Below, in pieces: positions 1 to 6,159 of a stretch of 8,546 bases of DNA. The translations under genes and the position numbers were made by a program. The notes below the pieces were generated by a model. That model was not told where the DNA came from. It saw only the letters and a list, made by a program, of their open reading frames with translations, and did not search any database. Numbering within the stretch: the stretch's first letter is position 1; each line of letters starts with the position of its first letter. Source of the stretch: Candidatus Thorarchaeota archaeon (lineage in GTDB: Archaea; Asgardarchaeota; Thorarchaeia; Thorarchaeales; Thorarchaeaceae); contig PRDJ01000019.1 of NCBI GenBank assembly GCA_003345555.1, forward strand, positions 1 through 8,546, given 5' to 3'.

Positions 1-295
1 CCTCTCTTGCCATGCCATACGATCCTATCAGTTTCACGAACTCATCCTCTCTCTCCGACCCATCAGTCGATATGAGGGCAAGGAATGTTCCTCCGTCAAC
101 CATGGCCGTGGTGAGTTCAACCGTGAATCTGACAATGACGCCGGTGTCAATTAGCTTCTTGACTCGCTTTTTTACTGCGGTGGCAGTGATGCCGAGCTTG
201 CGTGCGAGTGTTTCGTACGGAGTCCTGCAGTTGGAAACCAAGGTCAACAGGATTACTTTGTCTATCTCATCCAAATCGCGCACCGGGTCGCTCAA
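1..295 (-). CDS. Lrp/AsnC-family winged-helix transcriptional regulator, N-terminal part (truncated by window edge)
   Basis: Manual minus-strand translation from TTG at 295: MSDPVRDLDEIDKVILLTLVSNCRTPYETLARKLGITATAVKKRVKKLIDTGVIVRFTVELTTAMVDGGTFLALISTDGSEREDEFVKLIGSYGMARE. This matches the Lrp/AsnC HTH pattern LDxxDxxIL...R.py..LA..lG.s...V..Rv..L...GVI..F. The start could instead be GTG 283 or TTG 274. The 12..344 + ORF is its antisense shadow. Confidence 0.9.
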   Translation of the reverse strand, partial: MSDPVRDLDEIDKVILLTLVSNCRTPYETLARKLGITATAVKKRVKKLIDTGVIVRFTVELTTAMVDGGTFLALISTDGSEREDEFVKLIGSYGMARE

Positions 296-315
296 AGCGT
301 TTTGTTCTCGGCCTA

Positions 316-500
316 ATATCAGATTCGGGTTTCAACCTATGTAGGGACAGGTAGGTATGTGTCAGCGTACCTATCGTATCCCACGTAGATCTGGGGCTTC
401 ACCGCATCATCTAGGAACCTCACGAGTTCATCGGTTCCCTTCCGCTCCGCCCCCGTCAGGACATACCCACCCACGAGGAGTGTGGGTAGAATGTCTGCAT
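316..500 (-). ncRNA. Predicted TnpB omegaRNA (scaffold in the tnpB 3' end plus ~20-nt flank-derived guide); boundaries uncertain
   Basis: TnpB omegaRNAs are known to overlap the 3' end of tnpB and the right end of the element, with the guide taken from flanking DNA. Hairpins seen on the minus strand: GACA-(TTC)-TACCCAC-loop-GTGGGTA-TGTC (495-460) and TAGGTA-loop-TACCTA (373-352). No covariance model was run. Confidence 0.45.
336..343. repeat. 8-bp direct repeat copy 1 (CCTATGTA; TACATAGG on minus), overlapping the tnpB stop
   Basis: Exact match to 1837-1844. Confidence 0.7.
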
Positions 501-1626
501 CCCACCGCTCCTTCTCATGGGGAACGCCCTCCATCCTCAGGTACAGGTTGATTGCTGCATTGAGCTGCCTGTCTATCCGCAACCCACAGTTTCCGCACTC
601 GAAGACCGCTCCTCTTCTTAGGTCTTTGTTTACCCACCCGCATCTGGAGCACTTCTTCGACGTGAACTGCGGAGACAACTCTTCAACAACGCCACTTTCC
701 GCAACCCTTCTCTTAATTCCGCGCCAGTCAGTTCTCGCCAACCTACGGTTCCACATCCTCGAACGCGTGTACATCTTCTCCTTTCTCAGTGCCTCGAAGC
801 CGCTCCTCTTCGAGAGCACCCGGATCGCCCTCGCAATTTCAATCTGGTGTTTCTTCGCACGGTTCATTTCCCTTCTCCTGTATTTAGTGAGGACTCTCTT
901 CGTCCTCTTGGATTTCGAAGCCTTCCTCTCTATGCTGCGCCTCTTCTCGAAGCTCGATACATGTGCCGACACAAGTTTCCTCGTGTCAATCTTCACCCAT
1001 CCTGTCTTAGGGCTGTAGCCATCCATCGATAGCATGTTCGAGTCCCACGCTACCGCCTCAGCAGTTCTTTCTTCCTCCTCCTCTTCTGCCACATGGATGG
1101 GCAGATGTATTCTATCGGGCGTAATGACGGGTTCACCCAAGCCCACGGAGGATACATTGTCAGGCAGCTTGAAGTAACGTCGGGAGAGGTCGATATAGAC
1201 GAACTCACGTGGCCTCAGGGTGATCCTGAGCGTGTCTTCCTCAAGTTTGAGGAGAGTCTGCTTGATCCGCAAGAATAGTCTCCCGGAACATGGACATACC
1301 CTTCTTCTCTCGCCCCTGTCATAGTTCCTTTTCCACGAAGCCAAGATACTGAAGGCTGTCTTGATGGCGGAGTCAACCCAGTGAGCAGCGTAGCACCACT
1401 CTTCCAGACACTTGTTTCTCAGCTCCCGCTTGAAGGCGTTGTCCTTCCTGTACTTTGGGTAGAGTCTGTGCTGCTTCTTGCCTTTGATCTGGTGCTTCTT
1501 CCATTCCGTCGTCCGCCAGATGGACTGCAGCATGGTGTTGAGAGTGGTATTGTAGGCAACCATTAGACCGTTGAGTGCTTCGCCTTTATCATGGCTGAGT
1601 GAATAGGTCTTTAGCGCTTTTGACAA
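337..1626 (-). CDS. tnpB: TnpB RNA-guided endonuclease family protein (IS607-associated), 429 aa
   Basis: RuvC-I AVAWDSN (D195), RuvC-II SGFEAL (E278), TSKKC followed by a C4 zinc finger (CSRC...CGNC), and RuvC-III IDRQLNAAINL. TTG start overlapping the tnpA remnant. Confidence 0.95.
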   Translation of the reverse strand: MSKALKTYSLSHDKGEALNGLMVAYNTTLNTMLQSIWRTTEWKKHQIKGKKQHRLYPKYRKDNAFKRELRNKCLEEWCYAAHWVDSAIKTAFSILASWKRNYDRGERRRVCPCSGRLFLRIKQTLLKLEEDTLRITLRPREFVYIDLSRRYFKLPDNVSSVGLGEPVITPDRIHLPIHVAEEEEEERTAEAVAWDSNMLSMDGYSPKTGWVKIDTRKLVSAHVSSFEKRRSIERKASKSKRTKRVLTKYRRREMNRAKKHQIEIARAIRVLSKRSGFEALRKEKMYTRSRMWNRRLARTDWRGIKRRVAESGVVEELSPQFTSKKCSRCGWVNKDLRRGAVFECGNCGLRIDRQLNAAINLYLRMEGVPHEKERWDADILPTLLVGGYVLTGAERKGTDELVRFLDDAVKPQIYVGYDRYADTYLPVPT

Positions 1627-1814
1627 CCTCCTCGTACTTGTGGCTCCTGAGACAGTAGAGTTTGCCTGAGAAGTGCGGTATTATCGTAGCTAGGTCTTCC
1701 ACTCAGTGTCCTTACAACCCTTATTTTCCCCTCTCTATCCCATTTCTGAGTTGTCCTAGGGTGCATACGTAAGTGAGTATAGGTTTCTCTCAGTGTGGAG
1801 AGTCTTTCAGGCTT
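1589..1814 (-). pseudogene. tnpA: IS607-family serine recombinase/transposase TnpA remnant with internal deletion and frameshift
   Basis: Frame A (1814-1695) reads (K)PERLSTLRETYTHLRMHPRTTQKWDREGKIRVVRTLSGR, a degenerate MerR-like HTH of IS607 TnpA (approximate family pattern MERLYTLKEA..LLGVHP.T.QKWDREGKIR.VRT.GGRRR). Frame B (1702-1589) reads VEDLATIIPHFSGKLYCLRSHKYEEVVKSAKDLFTQP*, the IS607 TnpA C-terminal helix (EDL..I...F.GKLYG.RSHK). The catalytic domain is absent, and the expected start position reads AAG. Confidence 0.92.
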
Positions 1815-1836
1815 ACCTGAATTTGTATGACATATG

Positions 1837-1844
1837 CCTATGTA
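1837..1844. repeat. 8-bp direct repeat copy 2 (CCTATGTA), 22 nt upstream of the tnpA remnant
   Basis: Exact match to 336-343. Confidence 0.7.
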
Positions 1845-2017
1845 AACCGATATAGACTGGAACAGTATAGGAAGCGTGAGGCAGATTTCGGACTTCTAAT
1901 CGACCTAGACCGTTTTCCGAAAGCTTCACCCAAGCTTGTCATCGTCTCGAGAATTATGCAATGGCCTGAGGTCGGGTTCGCAACGGACTCCCAATCTGTC
2001 TTCGGTCCGGCTAACAT

Positions 2018-2022
2018 GGTGA
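2018..2022 (+). promoter_or_regulatory. Archaeal-type ribosome-binding site GGTGA
   Basis: GGTGA ends 6 nt before the TTG start at 2029. Confidence 0.6.
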
Positions 2023-2028
2023 ATTGAT

Positions 2029-2799
2029 TTGAAGCAGGCACGAACCTCGATACCCGGTGGCAAGAGTATCGATTATGATGCGATCTCGAGAGTATACGAT
2101 CAAGTACGTGAGGGCGACCCGGAGATGGTCGACCATTTGCTTGAAGGGATAGCGCTCGATACGAATGCTATTGTGCTCGACGTGGGCTGCGGAACCGCCA
2201 ACAACACCCTTCTCGTCTCTAGGGCTTTGTCGTCAAAGCTGATTGGCGTTGACATCTCTGTGGGCATGCTCGAAAAGGCTCGCGTCAAAGCCCCGCGCCT
2301 CGAACTGCTGCAGGCCACGGCTGATGACCTGCCGTTCAGTTCGAACCTCTTCGATTTCGTCTTCATGACCGAGGTCATTCATCACCTTCCTGACTTCAAG
2401 AAGGCTCTTCGTGAGATGCTCCGCGTACTGAGGCCGGGCAGTTCTTCATGTATTGTAACGCAATCTCACAAGCAGATAGAGAACCGAATGACATCACGGT
2501 TCTTTCCCGGTTCAGCTACGGTCGACAAGAAGAGATACCCTGACATTGACAAGATCGAGGTCGCGATGAATGGTGTAGGATTCGTGAGGGTCTCATCGAG
2601 ACCGTATTCATTCTCCCCTGTGATTCTAGGATCTGACTATCTCCAGAGAGTCGAGATGCGTGGATATTCGATGCTACACAAGATAAGTGGCGAGGAGTAT
2701 CAAGAAGGTTTGAAGGCGTTGCGCTCGGCATTTGAGCGTGGTGAGAAGCTCTCCTACTCTGCAGGATACACGTTCGTACGAGGCTACAAGAGTAAGTAG
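2029..2799 (+). CDS. Class I SAM-dependent methyltransferase (Methyltransf_11/UbiE-like), substrate unknown
   Basis: Motif I VLDVGCGTA, acidic post-I motif GVDIS, ADDLPFSSNLFDFV, HHL, and LRPG. Confidence 0.93.
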   Translation: MKQARTSIPGGKSIDYDAISRVYDQVREGDPEMVDHLLEGIALDTNAIVLDVGCGTANNTLLVSRALSSKLIGVDISVGMLEKARVKAPRLELLQATADDLPFSSNLFDFVFMTEVIHHLPDFKKALREMLRVLRPGSSSCIVTQSHKQIENRMTSRFFPGSATVDKKRYPDIDKIEVAMNGVGFVRVSSRPYSFSPVILGSDYLQRVEMRGYSMLHKISGEEYQEGLKALRSAFERGEKLSYSAGYTFVRGYKSK

Positions 2800-2877
2800 C
2801 TCGCACACGGTCTTACGGTTGGCCCCAGTCATCGACGAGAGCAGAGCCGGTTTGTGTCCAACAGCCTAGAGATGCAT

Positions 2878-4833
2878 TCATCCAGCTCTTTGCTTTTTCA
2901 GATAGTAAGCAACTATCAGGATTGAGAGGGCCGCTACTGACACCGCACCTGCAAGCAATACAGCATAGCCAAGAGAGATCTCTATCTCATGGGTGCTGTA
3001 GTACTCCATACCCAAGTACGGCAAGAAGACAATCACATAATTGCTGTAGTCAAGTTTTATCTCATGTGGATTGCCCGTCGTCTGGACTGTCACGGTCGCC
3101 GACCCATTCACCCAGACAATGGTCTCAGCAATGATGTTCTCGCCACTGTCGTATACTTTGACCGGAACTTGCTGACAGTAGTCATACACATTCGATTGTC
3201 GGTTCACGTCGACTATGCTGAATGTGAGGGTCGAGCCCATTTGATTGTATACTGCGTTTTGAATCACATAGTTGGGGAGAAGTGGGTTGTTGAACCATGA
3301 TTGGAAGAACCAATCGAGATCTCCACCAAAGCTTGACTCCAAGGCGTTTTGGAAGTCATTGAGTGTGGCGATTAGGAAATACCTATCCCTCAAGAATCCG
3401 CCGAGGCCCGAGAGAAAAGCATCATGACCGATTGTTCGTCTTAGCTTCTCCAACACGACCGGCATCTCAGTATAATCGACGTAGCTTGTCAGGTCAGGTC
3501 TGACAAGGTTTGATTGGTTTATCGTGCATCCATAGGTAAAGGTCCGGACTGTGTCAATAAGAGGCGGTGATTGGTAGTACTCCCAGTCGGAGTGATAGTA
3601 CTCCGCATAGTAAGAGTGCGACCACGAGGCCAGCCCTTCATCAAGGAATCCCCAGTCCACACAGTCATCACCCACTAACTGCGACCACCACTGATGTGCG
3701 ATTTCATGCGATACCACTAGTTCGAAGTACCACAACCCTCTTTGGCCAGACTGGATCCTCTGGGAAACTCCTCGAGTGATGTACACTTGGCACGGGTACT
3801 CCATTCCGCCATAGGCCGCGTGCTGTTCCACAACGTTCAATGTAGCGTAGGGATAGATTCCAAACGTTGAATTGAACAGTTCCAGCGACTGAATGGAACA
3901 AAGAAGTGCGTTATCCTCCCAAATCGATGCAGAGGCAGGAAGATAGAATGTACTGACATTCACTCCGTTGTACAGAGCTGATTCTACTACGTAGTGTCGC
4001 GAGGCCGAGAATGTGACCTCTCTGACAGGTAGCGCGATGTTATAGTGATATTGTATTCGTCCATCCTGAGTAAATTCTCCTGCCAAGTTCCCTGTCGCCG
4101 CGACTACCATGCCTTGAGGGACCTCGATTAGGAGATCGTAGAATGCCATGTCATAATAGAAAGGATCGCCGACCTCTATGTAACGATCGATATTCCATCC
4201 ATCAAACTCGTCGTAAACACACGGCACTGGATAGCAGCTGGAGAACGTGAAGATTCGTGTATGGTCGATGTCACTGCCATATGCCCCTGCCCGGTCAAAG
4301 CCACCGTCGGGAAGTGTCGTTACGAAGCTGATGTTCAGAGAAGCATACTCACCAGGTTGTAGGGCTGAAGGAAGGTCGACCCACATCAGCTGTTGGCTAC
4401 TGTGAACGTCGAAAGTGAGCGTCTCCGGAGGATAATCTATTGTGGTGATATTGAGGACATCTATCTTGCCAGCCCGGCTTTCGTATGCCATGCCAGACGG
4501 GTAGAGGTGAAAAGGAATGCTAGTGAATGATACAGGATCATCATTATAGAAGTCGATTAGAAGGATTCCGCGAACTGATGATCCGGTTTCGTTCAAGCTA
4601 AGTGAAAGATTCAGTTTCGATAGGCTGACCCCGCTGAAGTTCCCTCTTGAGAACCGGTCGTAGTCTCCTGCTGGAACACTATCGGTCCTCAGAGTCTCGC
4701 CAATGGAGCCAATCTGCGTTTGAGCAGGTCTTGTGTCGCTCCAGGTCGCGATAGTAGATACCATGAGAATAACGAGCAGCAAAGCCGTTGCCTGCCGCGC
4801 ACAGCCATCTGTTTCTTTCACTCCTGCTTTCAT
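2878..4833 (-). CDS. Membrane-anchored M1-family (gluzincin) zinc aminopeptidase, 651 aa
   Basis: GGMEY (GAMEN-like) motif and HEIAH-X18-E zinc motif (HEIAHQWWSQLVGDDCVDWGFLDE). N-terminal hydrophobic signal, C-terminal TM helix followed by KKQR, about nine N-x-S/T sequons, and GGTGA upstream (4842-4838). Confidence 0.95.
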   Translation of the reverse strand: MKAGVKETDGCARQATALLLVILMVSTIATWSDTRPAQTQIGSIGETLRTDSVPAGDYDRFSRGNFSGVSLSKLNLSLSLNETGSSVRGILLIDFYNDDPVSFTSIPFHLYPSGMAYESRAGKIDVLNITTIDYPPETLTFDVHSSQQLMWVDLPSALQPGEYASLNISFVTTLPDGGFDRAGAYGSDIDHTRIFTFSSCYPVPCVYDEFDGWNIDRYIEVGDPFYYDMAFYDLLIEVPQGMVVAATGNLAGEFTQDGRIQYHYNIALPVREVTFSASRHYVVESALYNGVNVSTFYLPASASIWEDNALLCSIQSLELFNSTFGIYPYATLNVVEQHAAYGGMEYPCQVYITRGVSQRIQSGQRGLWYFELVVSHEIAHQWWSQLVGDDCVDWGFLDEGLASWSHSYYAEYYHSDWEYYQSPPLIDTVRTFTYGCTINQSNLVRPDLTSYVDYTEMPVVLEKLRRTIGHDAFLSGLGGFLRDRYFLIATLNDFQNALESSFGGDLDWFFQSWFNNPLLPNYVIQNAVYNQMGSTLTFSIVDVNRQSNVYDYCQQVPVKVYDSGENIIAETIVWVNGSATVTVQTTGNPHEIKLDYSNYVIVFLPYLGMEYYSTHEIEISLGYAVLLAGAVSVAALSILIVAYYLKKQRAG

Positions 4834-4955
4834 AAGCTCACCAAATGCGCCAAATGATGTTCATGGTGCGCTTTCAGTCCAATAACAATCCTTACGTTTC
4901 AGCAATCAGAGCACTGACCGAGAGGCTATTACAGAAAGGTGGGCCGCGAAGGCGA

Positions 4956-5300
4956 TTAGGTCACAGTTATGTCAATTCTGCACTCGCTTTCGAGCCTTCC
5001 ACGGAACAGATTGCGGATGACGATGGTCGTGTTTCCTTTTTTATCTGCTCTAAAGAACCATCGTCCTCTTTGGCTGTCGCCCCCTGTCCAGCCCGGTTTC
5101 ATACTCTCAGGGTGCAAATACTCCTCCTCGGTCCTAACAAGCGAGATGACTCCTTTGTCTGCAATCTCGAACTCCGCTTCTATGCCAACCGACTCGTGCC
5201 TATGGAACTCGTAGAAGAAAGTGTCACCGAGCTTAAAGGAATAGGCAGCCCCGTCTTCCGCGCACGCAATTTGGGTGGCACGTGGCGCTTTCGTCTTCAT
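4956..5300 (-). CDS. Chagasin-like (protease inhibitor I42 family, Ig-like fold) protein, ~114 aa
   Basis: From ATG 5300: MKTKAPRATQIACAEDGAAYSFKLGDTFFYEFHRHESVGIEAEFEI...EYLHPESMKPGWTGGDSQRGRWFFRADKKGNTTIVIRNLFRGRLESECRIDITVT. It aligns by eye with the chagasin pattern NGat.tv.vGe...i.L.sNptTG..W...Y.pp....lGaGG...f...a...G...v.l.y. The 5414 start in the ORF track overlaps the upstream gene and is less likely. Confidence 0.7.
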   Translation of the reverse strand: MKTKAPRATQIACAEDGAAYSFKLGDTFFYEFHRHESVGIEAEFEIADKGVISLVRTEEEYLHPESMKPGWTGGDSQRGRWFFRADKKGNTTIVIRNLFRGRLESECRIDITVT

Positions 5301-5379
5301 TTGGCCATCACGCTCGTCTTTTGACAGGACGCCTCCGCACTTGAACTGCCACAAGAATCTGTCTATCCCCACAATGAGG

Positions 5380-6129
5380 TCATGGCAGAACCGGCGTCTC
5401 AGCCAGACTGACATACTGACGTCTTCTCCACACCAACAACACTACTCCCATGGCGACGACAACAGCAATTGCGGCAATCTCAATCGTCAAGAGCTGCAGT
5501 CCTCCAGGCAGAACAGTGGTCATGCCTGGCCTCCACCTCACAAATATGATGTCGATAATATCATTGCCGCTTAGGTTGACATTCGCTTCCATTAGACTTA
5601 GAGTCCCGTTCGCTTTCAGATAGCGCATCTCGAAGTGAATTGTGACCGTGAAGAGGAAGATAACGAATGAGCGATCCATAATGGTGCCCCATTCTTCTTC
5701 GTCATCAATGATACTCATACCCTCACCGCCGGTGTAATTACCTATCTGGGTTAGAAAGTCATAGTCGCCTACCGGAAGCACTATCATTCCCAAGTCTCTA
5801 GCTACGACTACAGAGTCGTTTTCACGAGTGAGTGTGCAGTTGGATAAGGGAATCTGCTCTGAGGAGTTGATGTGGCTCGGGATAGGAGACAGAAATGTGA
5901 CATTCGCGATTACTCGTTGACCCTCGGAGATGTTCATCATGATAGGAGCATATTCGACAAGATACTGTGCAACCGCCGGGTCCACGAGTTTCCTTTGAAG
6001 CACCAGTATAATCTCGTCTCCCACTTGAACCCCCCATTGCAGATTATGATTCGTCTGTGCTGAGGCGAGAGGGATGAGTGGGCTGCATAACAGAACTATC
6101 AGAACTAGGGCAGTGGCGAGAGGCTTCAT
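5380..6129 (-). CDS. Uncharacterised type I membrane (cell-surface) glycoprotein, 249 aa
   Basis: Signal peptide ending ASA|Q, C-terminal TM helix followed by RRR, eight N-x-S/T sequons, and RBS GGAGGTG at 6146-6140. Confidence 0.88.
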   Translation of the reverse strand: MKPLATALVLIVLLCSPLIPLASAQTNHNLQWGVQVGDEIILVLQRKLVDPAVAQYLVEYAPIMMNISEGQRVIANVTFLSPIPSHINSSEQIPLSNCTLTRENDSVVVARDLGMIVLPVGDYDFLTQIGNYTGGEGMSIIDDEEEWGTIMDRSFVIFLFTVTIHFEMRYLKANGTLSLMEANVNLSGNDIIDIIFVRWRPGMTTVLPGGLQLLTIEIAAIAVVVAMGVVLLVWRRRQYVSLAETPVLP

Positions 6130-6159
6130 TGTCGAGTCACACCTCCCACATTAGGACCT

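Larger units (their letters stand above)
336..1844 (-). mobile_element. IS607-family insertion sequence, non-autonomous (deleted tnpA plus intact tnpB); ends approximate
   Basis: An IS607-type serine-recombinase remnant overlaps the 5' end of tnpB by 38 nt in the same orientation, which is typical IS607 architecture. An exact 8-mer CCTATGTA occurs at 336-343 and 1837-1844 (offset 1501 bp). Adding ~400 nt of missing tnpA gives ~1.9 kb, the size class of archaeal IS607 elements such as ISC1904 and ISC1926. Confidence 0.85.

Noticed and set aside
329-336. GTTGAAAC (minus) after the tnpB stop resembles the 3' end of CRISPR repeats
   Set aside because: It is a single 8-mer with no second repeat, no spacers and no cas genes in the window.
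12-344. 110-aa plus-strand ORF
   Set aside because: It is the antisense shadow of the Lrp/AsnC gene and has no recognisable motifs.
1069-1086. Poly-Glu tract (EEEEEE) in TnpB
   Set aside because: It is a low-complexity linker just before RuvC-I, with no evidence of special function.
1829-1836. GACATATG shared between the IS left end and 8206-8213
   Set aside because: An isolated 8-nt match with no functional link between the two sites, so probably coincidence.
1827-2027. 66-aa plus-strand ORF ending just before the methyltransferase (and the 67-aa antisense ORF 1838-2041)
   Set aside because: No family motif or RBS. Its start lies inside the inferred IS left end, so it is probably a chance ORF.
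2800-2877. Possible bidirectional terminator between the convergent methyltransferase and M1 genes
   Set aside because: No convincing stem or oligo-T tract was seen.
4841-4856. Tandem CCAAATG repeat upstream of the M1 gene
   Set aside because: Only two 7-mers, which is within chance expectation.
4845-5324. 159-aa plus-strand ORF
   Set aside because: It lies antisense to the chagasin-like gene, which has the recognisable pattern.
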